Positions 9,938 through 19,206 of a DNA stretch of 64,000 nucleotides are shown here, one piece after another (positions within the stretch are counted from its first letter, which is position 1; every line of letters begins with the position of its first letter). The stretch lies in the NCBI GenBank assembly GCA_009782475.1, contig WRIZ01000001.1, positions 42,020 to 106,019 of the forward strand, written 5' to 3'. This stretch comes from Oscillospiraceae bacterium. Lineage in GTDB: Bacteria > Bacillota > Clostridia > Oscillospirales > UBA929. The position numbers were made by a program, and so were the translations under genes. The notes under the pieces were generated by a model, which worked only from the letters and a program-made list of their open reading frames with translations, was not told the origin of the DNA and did not search any database.

Positions 9938-12874
9938 TTATCTGAAGTAATCCACGATCCCCTCGGCAATCACCGTGACATACTTGTTCAGTTCGCCGTC
10001 GTCGGCCAGCCATTCGTAGTCAAACGGATTGTTGAGGAAACCCAACTCGATCAGCCCTCCGGGAGCCCATGTCCCCCGTAAGACATACAGATTGTATTTA
10101 TGAACGCCTTTTCCGCCGATCCCCATCGCCGCCCGGGTATAGTCGTAAATATGCTCGGAGAAAGGAAGCTGCCCCGCTTCGCGGTAGAAGACCGAAACCC
10201 CCCGTATGGTATCGGAATTGACATTCTCGCTCATCGAGTTGCAATGCAGCGACAGAAAGAGGTCGGGGCGCAGATTGCGGCTGGCTTCCAAACGGCTCTG
10301 CAGCGTCGTTGTGGCGTCGGAGGAACGGGTGAGGGTGACTTTGGCTCCCATATGGGTCAGCACGCTGCGGAGTTTCAGCGCGGCGTAAAGGTTGACGTAT
10401 TTTTCGGCATAATCGGCTCCCAGCGGGCCGTAAGCCCCGGTTTCGGTTCCCCCATGCCCGGCGTCGATCACAAGGGTAAACCCGTCTAAGGGTTTATCCC
10501 CGGCTTTGGCAGCCGGGCGGTGTTTGATGTGCAGTCGCAGCCCTTCTTTGACAGGTTCCACATAATAGCCGTCGATCGCCATGCCCGCCGCCGGCGTGAG
10601 GGTATAGACCGCTTTGCCGCCGGAGAAGGAGGCGTCGGCCTTGCCGATCAGGGCGTCGGGCGGCAAGGAAACAGCCGGGGCGGCGTCGGAAGCGTAGACG
10701 GTGAAGGTCAGCGATTTCCCGCTCCACACCGCCAATGCCGCCGTATGGGTATCGGTCTTGACGGTGAGGGTGTCCCATTGTTCCCCTTTCGCGTACTCCG
10801 TTCCGGCTACACGTCCTTGCAGCTTGGACTCCCGCAAGGCCAAGCGGACATCGGAGTATAAAACCCAAAGCCCGCTTTCCAGCCCGATCCATGTGCCGTT
10901 CTGCTGGGCGACGACCGCGTCGGTTTGCCCTTTGGCCAGTTCGCCGACAGGCCCGCCGGTGGTGGTTGGCCCGGGGTAGACGAAGGCAATATCACTGCTC
11001 ACCGTCGCGGTGATCCTGGCGGCTTTGGTGGAGAGCTTTAACGCCCCGGCGGCAATGCGCGACACGACCGTTGATCCCATCGTCATGGTGTAAACCGGCG
11101 TGCCGACGGTGAGAGCGGGGGAACCGCCGGAAACGGAAATGTTGGGATAGGTATAGGTTGCTTTATAGGTTGTGGCATAGATTCCGCCGCCGGACGGGGT
11201 TTTCGTTGTGTCCGGCTTCATGGATAAAGTCTGCCCGCCGACGCGCACCGTGACTTCGGCTCCGATCGGCGCGACACAGGAAAGGGTGACCGTTGCGCCG
11301 GGTGTGCGCACTTCGTCACGCCCGTCGGGGAAAACGCCCGGTTCGATGGTGGCGGCGGCCATTTTTTTCGGCTCTTCGGATTTACTTTCACTCACCGGCA
11401 CGGTGATCGTCCGGGTGACGCTTGTATTTCCCTGCGTGAAGGTAAAGGTATTCGTCCCCTTTTTCAGGGTGGCGTAATAGGAGAAATACCCTTTGGCGGT
11501 GCGGTTGGTAATCTCGGTGCCGTTGACGGTGAGCTTTTGGTTGGGGTCGGAGGCTCCGGTGATATAATAGTTTTCTCCGCTGTATGTCACGTTTTTATCC
11601 GGCCGCCCCACGATCAGTTTGCCCGATGCAGGAGCGGGCATGACAACGTCAATGGGCGGCGAAACCGGCACCGCCGCGTCGCTATAGAGCGTCTTAACGG
11701 CGGCCGCGATGGCTTTGTCCCCTGCGATCAATTTATAGCGGAAGTGGACGCTGCCCTTCACCGCGGAGTATTTGCTGTTTTCGGCGAGCTGCCGCCCGAT
11801 CTCCCCGGTGCCCGACCAGGCCGGGCGGGTGGAGTTGCCGTTCATCAGGTAGGTGGCGTGGCCTGTATACAAATCGACCGAAGCGGCGGAGCAAAGGTCT
11901 GCCCACCAGGCCAGCACCTTGGCGTAGTCGGAGTTCTCCCGCCCGATCTCCCAGTAGATTTGCGGCGCGATGTAGTCCACCCAGCCCTCCGTCACCCATT
12001 TGCGGGTGTCGGCCGACTGCTCGTAATAGGTTTCATACCCCCGGGTCTCGCTGCCCAGCGGGTTGTTTGCTTTGTTAGCCCATATCGCCTGCGGCGCGAC
12101 GCCGAACCGGCAGTTTTTCCGGGCTTTATGCACGATTTCCTGTGTTTCTTTGATCAATTTGTTGAGATTATCGCGCCGCCACTCCTCTTTGCTCGAAAAC
12201 CCCGCGCCGTATTGTTTATACGCCGCGTCATCGTCGAAGGTTTTGCCGGGATAGAAATAATCGTCATAGTGGATGCCGTCGACGTTGTAATTCTCGGCAA
12301 TCTCGCGCACGCCGTCCAAAATCAGCTCCAGCGTTTCGGGGATGCCGGGGTTGTAATAGAGATGCCCGTCGGTATGCGCCACAGTCCACGAAGGGTTCTT
12401 TTTGGCCGGGTTGCCGGCGGAGAGCCCTTCGGTACTGCTCACGTTACGCGCCACCCGGTAGGGGTTGACCCAAGCGTGAAGCTCCATTCCCCGGCTGTGC
12501 GCCCCCTCGGTGAAGTAGGCCAGCGGGTCAAATCCGCCGGGGGGTTCTTTGCCCTGCTCCCCGGTCAAAACGTCGCTCCACGGGAAATAAGACGATTGAT
12601 ACAGCGCGTCCCCGGCGGGGCGCACTTGCAGGATGACGGCATTGAATCCCATGTCCAGCGCGCCGTTGAGGATGGAATCGGCTTCCCGTTTCAACGCCGC
12701 CGCGCTCAGCCCCGTTTGGGAAGGGTAATCGAGGTTGATGACGGTCGCCACCCAAACGGCGCGAAATTCATCACCGGCCGCCAGCGTTTTGGGCGGAACA
12801 AAAGCGGCAGGACAAAGCCCCGCCGCCAAAGCCAGCGTCAGCACGATTGAAAGCAGCCTCTTCCGCAAACCCAT
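9938..12874 (-). CDS. Secreted GHL10 (family-10-like glycosyl hydrolase, DUF187) fused to N-acetylmuramoyl-L-alanine amidase (Amidase_3)
   Basis: Signal peptide, FRAVWVATVINLDYPS GHL10 N-terminus, long Ig-like middle region, and a C-terminal VIDAGHGGTETGA ... LSLHCNS amidase_3 core. Confidence 0.8.
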   Translation of the reverse strand: MGLRKRLLSIVLTLALAAGLCPAAFVPPKTLAAGDEFRAVWVATVINLDYPSQTGLSAAALKREADSILNGALDMGFNAVILQVRPAGDALYQSSYFPWSDVLTGEQGKEPPGGFDPLAYFTEGAHSRGMELHAWVNPYRVARNVSSTEGLSAGNPAKKNPSWTVAHTDGHLYYNPGIPETLELILDGVREIAENYNVDGIHYDDYFYPGKTFDDDAAYKQYGAGFSSKEEWRRDNLNKLIKETQEIVHKARKNCRFGVAPQAIWANKANNPLGSETRGYETYYEQSADTRKWVTEGWVDYIAPQIYWEIGRENSDYAKVLAWWADLCSAASVDLYTGHATYLMNGNSTRPAWSGTGEIGRQLAENSKYSAVKGSVHFRYKLIAGDKAIAAAVKTLYSDAAVPVSPPIDVVMPAPASGKLIVGRPDKNVTYSGENYYITGASDPNQKLTVNGTEITNRTAKGYFSYYATLKKGTNTFTFTQGNTSVTRTITVPVSESKSEEPKKMAAATIEPGVFPDGRDEVRTPGATVTLSCVAPIGAEVTVRVGGQTLSMKPDTTKTPSGGGIYATTYKATYTYPNISVSGGSPALTVGTPVYTMTMGSTVVSRIAAGALKLSTKAARITATVSSDIAFVYPGPTTTGGPVGELAKGQTDAVVAQQNGTWIGLESGLWVLYSDVRLALRESKLQGRVAGTEYAKGEQWDTLTVKTDTHTAALAVWSGKSLTFTVYASDAAPAVSLPPDALIGKADASFSGGKAVYTLTPAAGMAIDGYYVEPVKEGLRLHIKHRPAAKAGDKPLDGFTLVIDAGHGGTETGAYGPLGADYAEKYVNLYAALKLRSVLTHMGAKVTLTRSSDATTTLQSRLEASRNLRPDLFLSLHCNSMSENVNSDTIRGVSVFYREAGQLPFSEHIYDYTRAAMGIGGKGVHKYNLYVLRGTWAPGGLIELGFLNNPFDYEWLADDGELNKYVTVIAEGIVDYFR

Positions 12875-12884
12875 GACCCCCGCT

Positions 12885-13301
12885 TTACGTCTTCCTATAT
12901 TTCTTGATCCCTTCCGTCAGTTCCTCTTCGCCGATGCTGATGGTGATGATGAAATTGATGCCGTTCTCCTTGCCGAAGGTTTCGCACCACTGCAAAAACT
13001 TCTCGCATTCCTGCGTTTGGCTGTCGTTCGACACCTTGAACAGGCTGTCGATGAAAACGTCTGATATATCATAGTTCCCGGCGTATATGCCGGTGATGAA
13101 GCCGCGCAATACCTGATACGACCGTATGTCGTAAGGAATGGTGTCGATCAGCCGCACATTGTGCACGATGTCGTGCCTGAGTTTTTGCCCGCGCTCGATG
13201 CAGACGACCGAACCGGAGGATTTTTGAGAGGTTTCATTGCACAGATCGATCAGTTGCTTTGTCTTGCCGCAGCCCTTCAGCCCGGCGATCACGGTAACCA
13301 T
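12885..13301 (-). CDS. Small P-loop NTPase-like protein (139 aa), function unknown
   Basis: Walker A-like GLKGCGKT at residues 8-15 and a Walker B-like DVFIDS. The start is taken at the internal ATG (MVTVIAG). Confidence 0.5.
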   Translation of the reverse strand: MVTVIAGLKGCGKTKQLIDLCNETSQKSSGSVVCIERGQKLRHDIVHNVRLIDTIPYDIRSYQVLRGFITGIYAGNYDISDVFIDSLFKVSNDSQTQECEKFLQWCETFGKENGINFIITISIGEEELTEGIKKYRKT

Positions 13302-13456
13302 TGTTTCCAGCCCCCTATATTTCGTAAATATGGATGGGTTTAGTATACCATACGCGGACGGGTTATACAAATTAAGAATTTATGAACTTAAGGAGCGCGC
13401 AGTTCCCGCTGAGCAGAGATGGGTTTATTTGACACCGACCTCAAAATACATAGCTG

Positions 13457-13485
13457 TTTACAAACCCTATCGCCTGTGTTACAAT
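13457..13485 (+). promoter_or_regulatory. Promoter of the PIN operon
   Basis: TTTACA (13457-13462), 17 nt, TACAAT (13480-13485). Confidence 0.55.
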
Positions 13486-13548
13486 AATAGCAACAGGTGA
13501 CGGCTTCGATCATTCGCCTGTACCCTAAAAGCATAGGAGTGACAGCCG

Positions 13549-13998
13549 TTGATACTATATATGGATGTGTGCTGTTACAACAGGCCAATGGACGATCAAA
13601 CACAAGATCGCATACGCTTTGAAGCCGAAGCGATCCTTCAGATACTAAGTAAATGTGAAAAAGAAGGATGGATATTGGTTGGCAGCAATGTAATTGAATA
13701 TGAACTTGGCAAGCACACGGATAAAATGAAACAGCAGGAAGCATATAAATTTTTCAATTATGCAAATATCGTGTATAATATTAACAATTGCGAGGACGCA
13801 TCATCAAGAGCAAAACAATTTCAATCATATGGCGTAGGCTCGATTGATAGCCTGCATCTTGTAATGTCTGAATGGGCTGGAGCTGGTGTCTTGCTGACTA
13901 CGGATGATCAATTTATCAACTCTGCAAAAAGAACTGATTCAAAAGTTAGAGTCATAAATCCTATATTGTGGTTAATGGAGGTATCTGCCGATGACTAG
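13549..13998 (+). CDS. PIN-domain ribonuclease (type II toxin-like)
   Basis: N-terminal MDVCCYNRPMDD acidic motif and distal DSLHL/TTDD acidic residues. TTG start lies 9 nt after AGGAG. Confidence 0.65.
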   Translation: MILYMDVCCYNRPMDDQTQDRIRFEAEAILQILSKCEKEGWILVGSNVIEYELGKHTDKMKQQEAYKFFNYANIVYNINNCEDASSRAKQFQSYGVGSIDSLHLVMSEWAGAGVLLTTDDQFINSAKRTDSKVRVINPILWLMEVSADD

Positions 13999-14215
13999 GG
14001 GCGCAAATGCAAGAACACCGGTATCTCTCCAAAAAGCAGGGCTTGACGCTCTTGTACAAGCACTGGGGGCGATTGACGCAATACGCTTCATCCGTTTATT
14101 TGATAATGGGTACGGTGACTACACGAAAGAGCGTCATGCTATTTGGGATAACATGAGCGTGGACGACATATTGGATGATATGAAGAAAAGGAATAAAGAG
14201 TCCGAGGCTCTGTAA
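13991..14215 (+). CDS. Small partner protein of the PIN gene (putative antitoxin, 74 aa)
   Basis: 8-nt overlap with the PIN gene. Motif RFIRLFDNGYGDYTKER. No other function is evident. Confidence 0.5.
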   Translation: MTRGANARTPVSLQKAGLDALVQALGAIDAIRFIRLFDNGYGDYTKERHAIWDNMSVDDILDDMKKRNKESEAL

Positions 14216-14240
14216 AAGCATTAAAGGCGCAAAACGTAAA

Positions 14241-14271
14241 ACCCGCCCGCAAGGCATCCTTGCGGGCGGGT
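14241..14271. terminator. Bidirectional terminator hairpin between convergent genes
   Basis: 14-bp stem ACCCGCCCGCAAGG / CCTTGCGGGCGGGT with a 3-nt loop. Confidence 0.7.
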
Positions 14272-14284
14272 TGCCGTATTTTCG

Positions 14285-16048
14285 TCAGTTCGGTTCTATC
14301 TTTGCCGTGAGGACGCCGTTCTTCTTCTTGGCGGCCGTTTCGTCCAGCACACCCCATGTGATTTCGAGGCGGGCGTCATAGCTGGCGGCGAATGTCCCGG
14401 ATTCATAATTGCCGTTTTTATCCACTTTGGCATTTGCTTTGAGGCGGATGCCGGGCAGATCGTCCCCCCCGATGATCTTGTTGCCGGTGATTTTGGGCAG
14501 ACCGCCGTATTTCTTCTTACCGCTGTCCCACACCTCGTATTCTTTGTCGAGCTTGAGCTTTCCGTTGTCGGGGGAAAGGGCTGTTGCCGGAAGCGGCGCG
14601 CGCGGCGCGAACTTGATTTCCTGCACCATACTGCAGGGCTTCTTATCGGTGGCGCATATCCATGCTTCGCCTTCCGTCTCTCTGCTCCCTAAGTAATCAC
14701 TGAAGCTGAGACCCTTTAGAGCCGTATCGCCTTTTTTATAGGGGAAGTAGTTGTAATTGGAACCGTCATAGATATACTGACCGACGTCTACCATCATCCC
14801 GGCTTTGGGCTTGATTGTCTCTTTCTTATAATCCGGCTTCAGTTTGGGGGCTTGCAGCGCGCCGGAGGCGGTAACCTTCTTTTGCTTGGACATGGGCTTG
14901 ATGCTCGTTGGTGTCCCGGTGTTGCTGTATTCCAGCACCGGCAGGGTGCGCAGAAGGTAAACATCTTTGGAGGGTTTGGCGTCGGGATTTGTCGGGCGGA
15001 CGGGAATCGCATCGAAGTAAAACCAGCCTTTGTCCGGCGTTTTCTTGCTGTTAATGGCCGGGGCGATTATAAGGGAGTTTATATATTCCTCTATCTTCGC
15101 CCACTCGTTGTCTGTCATCTTTTCAGCTTTTTCGTTTGTAATCCCTTTTTCCTTCACCGGCACCCACCAGCCGGCCTCATCATCAACCCTGCCGTAATAG
15201 TATTCGGTCACAATGGCATAGTTGACAAAGGTTTTCTCCATTTTGGGGCGTTTTTCGATTTTCGGGAATTTTAAGATGGTCGCACCCGGTACGGCTTGGG
15301 CGGAGCCGTCGGCTGCCGCCGCGACGCCCTTCTTGGGTTTCTTGGTTGCCGTGTCGTATTGGGAAGCTACCCAAAGGGTGATTTCTTTGTTCAGCAGTTT
15401 TTCAAAGGTCTCAGGAGGCGCGCCCGCTTTCCATTTGCTGCCGCCGTCTAGGCTGTACGCGGCAATGGGGAAGCCTCTCTCGTTCACGAGTTTCTCGCTA
15501 AACAGATCGACATATACTTCTTCCCCTTTGTCAATGGCTCCGTCCGGCACTTCATCCTCTGCGATGTCATCCACGAAAAGATAGTATTCATCATCATCGA
15601 TGGTATTGAGTTCTCCGTACAGCACATCTTCAAAGTTGTATGTTGAGCCGGTTTTGCCGCCTATTCTAAATTCGGCAAACATATCATCAGAACCTATATC
15701 TACGTAAACATCGTAATAGCCTTCACTGTATCCGCTGGCATCAAATGTTTTCGTATATCTATTTCTGTAGTTATACGTTGGCGGCATGGTTATCGTAGCC
15801 CCATCGACATAGCCGAATGAATCATAGATTCCTATGAAAATTTCTATAGAGCCTGTGGTGACCTCGGCAGGGTTTGCTGTTCCATAATTCATAAAATCAA
15901 TATCGACTGCTATATTGTTTTGCGTTACCCGTACATTGACATCCGCAATCCTCAGGTCGTCGGCGTCAAACGCCATAGCCATTGGCAGCAGCCCTGCCAT
16001 CAGTACAAACGCCAGCGTCATGCTCAATAATTTGTTCAGCTTTTTCAT
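14285..16048 (-). CDS. Secreted protein of unknown function (587 aa)
   Basis: Signal peptide MKKLNKLLSMTLAFVLMAGLLPMAMA. It is acidic and K/Y/G-rich, and I recognise no catalytic motif. Confidence 0.6.
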   Translation of the reverse strand: MKKLNKLLSMTLAFVLMAGLLPMAMAFDADDLRIADVNVRVTQNNIAVDIDFMNYGTANPAEVTTGSIEIFIGIYDSFGYVDGATITMPPTYNYRNRYTKTFDASGYSEGYYDVYVDIGSDDMFAEFRIGGKTGSTYNFEDVLYGELNTIDDDEYYLFVDDIAEDEVPDGAIDKGEEVYVDLFSEKLVNERGFPIAAYSLDGGSKWKAGAPPETFEKLLNKEITLWVASQYDTATKKPKKGVAAAADGSAQAVPGATILKFPKIEKRPKMEKTFVNYAIVTEYYYGRVDDEAGWWVPVKEKGITNEKAEKMTDNEWAKIEEYINSLIIAPAINSKKTPDKGWFYFDAIPVRPTNPDAKPSKDVYLLRTLPVLEYSNTGTPTSIKPMSKQKKVTASGALQAPKLKPDYKKETIKPKAGMMVDVGQYIYDGSNYNYFPYKKGDTALKGLSFSDYLGSRETEGEAWICATDKKPCSMVQEIKFAPRAPLPATALSPDNGKLKLDKEYEVWDSGKKKYGGLPKITGNKIIGGDDLPGIRLKANAKVDKNGNYESGTFAASYDARLEITWGVLDETAAKKKNGVLTAKIEPN

Positions 16049-16089
16049 CCTTGTTCAACCGTCCTTTCATAATGGAGTGTGCTGCGGTC

Positions 16090-16119
16090 AGTATAGCATC
16101 CGGTTGCGCACAGACGCAA
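16090..16119 (-). promoter_or_regulatory. Promoter of the 587-aa secreted-protein gene
   Basis: The minus strand reads TTGCGT (16119-16114), 18 nt, TATACT (16095-16090). Confidence 0.45.
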
Positions 16120-16125
16120 GGGTTC

Positions 16126-16173
16126 TCACAACATTCTCACAGCTTTGCAAGGGTTTTTCACACCATTGTCACA
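16126..16173 (-). promoter_or_regulatory. Four TGTGA direct repeats (two pairs at 11-bp phasing) upstream of the promoter
   Basis: TCACA on the plus strand at 16126, 16137, 16158 and 16169. Each pair is followed by AACCCTTGC on the minus strand. Confidence 0.4.
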
Positions 16174-16197
16174 CCAGTTTGCACGATCAGGCCGCAC

Positions 16198-16226
16198 TTG
16201 ACAACCTCCCGCTCCGTTGATATGCT
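16198..16226 (+). promoter_or_regulatory. Promoter of the creatininase-purD operon
   Basis: TTGACA (16198-16203), 17 nt, TATGCT (16221-16226). Confidence 0.55.
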
Positions 16227-16246
16227 GAAACGCGAGGTGAACAAGC

Positions 16247-17011
16247 ATGACGGATAAGGTGCTGTATCAAGAGCTGCTGCCGCACGAACTGATCGAACGC
16301 GTCAACGATTGCCCCATTGCCTACCTGCCGCTCGGGACGCTGGAATGGCACGGGTTCCATTTGCCCTACGGCGTGGATATGCTGTTGCCGCTGGAGGCGT
16401 TTAAGCGGATGGCTTCCCGTGTGGGCGGGGTGGTGCTGCCGCCGCTTTTCCTCGGCCCCGACAATGAAATGGAGCACGACGGCAAGAAATATTTCGGCAT
16501 GGATGTTTGGAGTTTTGAAGAAGGCCATCCGCAGCAGTTGATCGGAAGTGCCTACCATATCCCGGAAGCGTTCTACATCCAGCTCCTTGAACATATCCTA
16601 CAAAACCTCAAACACAACGGTTTTGCCGCCGTGATCGGGCATGGGCACGGCCCTTCGTCCGAGATATTCTATAAACAGAAAGAGCGGTTTGAGAAGGAAT
16701 ACGGGCTGTTTATCACCAACCTCTACGAAAGCGGCAAGGATTTTTTGGTTGACCACGCCGCCGTCAACGAAACGTCGCTGATGATGTCGCTCGTTCCCGG
16801 CTTCGCCAACCTCTCCCGGATGCCGGAGGGCGCGTCCCCGGCGGTTTGGGGTTCCGACCCGCGCGGAGCGGCTTCGGCGGAGGAAGGGGCGCGGATCGCC
16901 GCCGAAAACGAAGAGGCCATCATTGACTTATTGTTAAAGCTGAAAGAAACCCTGCCCAAACCGGGCTTAACGCTCGAATTCCACCATGTAAAGGATTTGA
17001 CAAAGGAATGA
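16247..17011 (+). CDS. Creatininase (creatinine amidohydrolase) family protein
   Basis: LPLGTLEWHGFHLPYGVD metal-binding motif and downstream GHGHG; 254 aa. Confidence 0.8.
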   Translation: MTDKVLYQELLPHELIERVNDCPIAYLPLGTLEWHGFHLPYGVDMLLPLEAFKRMASRVGGVVLPPLFLGPDNEMEHDGKKYFGMDVWSFEEGHPQQLIGSAYHIPEAFYIQLLEHILQNLKHNGFAAVIGHGHGPSSEIFYKQKERFEKEYGLFITNLYESGKDFLVDHAAVNETSLMMSLVPGFANLSRMPEGASPAVWGSDPRGAASAEEGARIAAENEEAIIDLLLKLKETLPKPGLTLEFHHVKDLTKE

Positions 17012-18327
17012 AGGTTTTATTGGTCGGCGGAGGCGGGCGCGAACACGCCGTCGCTGCGAAGCTGGCGCAAAGCCCGCTTTGTGCAAAGTTGTATTGCGCA
17101 CCCGGCAACGCGGGAATCGCCGAGGTTGCCGAATGCGTTCCCATCGCGGCGGCCGATGTGGACGCCATTGTGGCATGGGCGAAGGAAAACGACATCAAGT
17201 TCGTCGTGGTCGCGCCGGACGACCCGCTTGCGCTGGGGCTGGTTGACAAGTGCAAAGCGGCGGGGCTGCGCGCCTTCGGCCCGACCCAAAAGGCGGCGGA
17301 AATCGAATGGAGCAAGGTTTTCTCCAAAGGGCTGATGAAAAAATACGGCATCCCCACCGCCGCCTATGAGACGTTTACCGACTGCGGAGAGGCGGTCTCG
17401 TACGCAAAAAGCCAAAACCCGTCGCCGGAGAAGCCGCTGGTCATTAAAGCGGACGGGCTGGCGTTGGGCAAGGGCGTGGTCATCGTCCAAAACACCGCCG
17501 AGGCCGAGGAAACGCTGCGGGATATGATGGAAGGCGGACGGTTTGCCGGAGCCGGGAGAAGTGTTGTCATTGAGGAGTTCTTACAGGGGCGGGAAGTGAC
17601 CGTCCTCTGTTTCACCGACGGCTGGACGGTTTATCCTATGCCCGTCTCCCGCGACCATAAACGGGCATACGACGGCGACCAAGGCCCCAACACCGGCGGC
17701 ATGGGCGTGATCACCCCGGTTCCCGATTATACGCCTGAGATGGCTGAGCGGTGTTTGAAAGAGATTTTCATCCCCACGGTGGACGCCATGCGGCGTGAGA
17801 AACGCCCCTTCTCGGGCGTCCTATACTTCGGGCTGATGCTGACGGCGGACGGCGTTAAAGTGATCGAATACAACGCCCGGTTCGGCGACCCGGAGGCGCA
17901 GGTCATCTTGCCCCTGCTGGAAAACGACCTGCTGGAAATCATGCTGGCCACCGAACAGGGCTGGCTGGACACCATAGAACCAATATGGTCGGAAGAAGCC
18001 TGCGCTTGCGTCGTGGTTGCCAGCGGCGGGTATCCGGGGGACTATCAAAAGGGGCTGCCGATCACGGGGTTGAATGAGAGCGGGCAAATAGCCGATTCAC
18101 TGTCATCAGCTAACCCGGACATTGGCTCCAGCGGCACGCTGGTCTTCCACGCCGGAACGGCGCGGAACGCGGACGGGGAACTCGTTACCAACGGCGGGCG
18201 AGTATTGTCTCTCTGCGCCAAAGGGAAAACGGTCAAAGACGCGTTGGAGCGCGTGTACGCGGAGATAGATAAGGTGCGCTTCGACGGAGCGTTTTACCGG
18301 AAGGACATTGGAGCGGGCTTGGTTTGA
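17008..18327 (+). CDS. purD: Phosphoribosylamine--glycine ligase
   Basis: MKVLLVGGGGREHA start, ATP-grasp core (VIKADGLALGKGV, EEFLQGRE) and NARFGDPE. Confidence 0.95.
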   Translation: MKVLLVGGGGREHAVAAKLAQSPLCAKLYCAPGNAGIAEVAECVPIAAADVDAIVAWAKENDIKFVVVAPDDPLALGLVDKCKAAGLRAFGPTQKAAEIEWSKVFSKGLMKKYGIPTAAYETFTDCGEAVSYAKSQNPSPEKPLVIKADGLALGKGVVIVQNTAEAEETLRDMMEGGRFAGAGRSVVIEEFLQGREVTVLCFTDGWTVYPMPVSRDHKRAYDGDQGPNTGGMGVITPVPDYTPEMAERCLKEIFIPTVDAMRREKRPFSGVLYFGLMLTADGVKVIEYNARFGDPEAQVILPLLENDLLEIMLATEQGWLDTIEPIWSEEACACVVVASGGYPGDYQKGLPITGLNESGQIADSLSSANPDIGSSGTLVFHAGTARNADGELVTNGGRVLSLCAKGKTVKDALERVYAEIDKVRFDGAFYRKDIGAGLV

Positions 18328-18353
18328 TGCTTGGCGGTGATTCATGGAATACC

Positions 18354-18382
18354 TTGCACGCAAGGAGCGGCTGTGATATACT
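18354..18382 (+). promoter_or_regulatory. Promoter of the VapBC-like operon
   Basis: TTGCAC (18354-18359), 17 nt, TATACT (18377-18382). Confidence 0.5.
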
Positions 18383-18414
18383 GTACGCAGTAGATAGCAA
18401 AGGAGGAAAACCCC

Positions 18415-18654
18415 GTGCAGGCACACGTATATGAAGGTTATTATGAAGACGGCAGTTTCCATCCGGTAGACCGAGCAATACACACACGAGAGCGTAAGCG
18501 GGCTTTTCTTACCGTATTTGAAGACCCCGCAATAGAACAACAACCGCAACCAAAGAAAAATTCAAGAGAAGCGTTAGCAGGCTGCATGAGAGGAAAAGTT
18601 TGGATGGCAGACGACTTTGACGCGCCGTTAGAAGATTTTAAGGATTATATGTAA
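18415..18654 (+). CDS. Type II antitoxin (VapB-like, 79 aa)
   Basis: GTG start after AAAGGAGG. The C-terminus MADDFDAPLEDFKDYM is typical of antitoxins paired with PIN toxins. The stop overlaps the toxin start. Confidence 0.65.
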   Translation: MQAHVYEGYYEDGSFHPVDRAIHTRERKRAFLTVFEDPAIEQQPQPKKNSREALAGCMRGKVWMADDFDAPLEDFKDYM

Positions 18655-19037
18655 TGAGATATTTACTAGATACACATACTCTTTTATGGTACTGCGAAAA
18701 CCCTGATAAATTAAGCAGCTCTGCAAGAGAAATAATCTATAATGATCATTCTCAAATATATGTAAGTACGGCTTCGCTTTGGGAATTTGCCATCAAATAC
18801 AGTATTGGAAAACTCAAATTTGAAGGAGGATTTCCACGGTTGTGCGAACTTATAAAGCAAGCGGATTTTGTTATCTTGCCGATCATACAATCATACATTG
18901 CCGCCATGATTGATTTGCCTTTCATCCATCGTGACCCATTCGACCGCCTGCTTGCCTCCACAGCTTATACAGACGGGCTGACGATTCTGACGGCAGACGA
19001 GAATATTCAAAAATATGACGTTTTGTCGGCGTGGTGA
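18654..19037 (+). CDS. vapC: Type II toxin, PIN domain (VapC family)
   Basis: MRYLLDTHTLLW N-terminus, conserved acidic residues (D6, E44, D96/D98 region), 127 aa. Confidence 0.85.
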   Translation: MRYLLDTHTLLWYCENPDKLSSSAREIIYNDHSQIYVSTASLWEFAIKYSIGKLKFEGGFPRLCELIKQADFVILPIIQSYIAAMIDLPFIHRDPFDRLLASTAYTDGLTILTADENIQKYDVLSAW

Positions 19038-19206
19038 TCCCTTTTATCTTTGCACTGTTGCTTACAGTACAAACTGAGCAGGCAATAAACCGCCGAGGTT
19101 TATGTGGCCGGGCCGTTGACAAACGGCAGCAGATGAAGCGATACGCACATCTGTGGGACAGTAAGATGTCCCGCAGGTGTGTTTTTTATGTTTATGGAGG
19201 TATTCT

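Noticed and set aside
19150-19200. Hairpin GGGACA-GTAAGA-TGTCCC followed by a T-run ahead of the P-type ATPase gene (possible attenuator).
   Set aside because: The stem is short, and the T-run is separated by ~10 nt and overlaps the RBS region. There is no recognisable riboswitch or leader peptide, so the evidence is insufficient.
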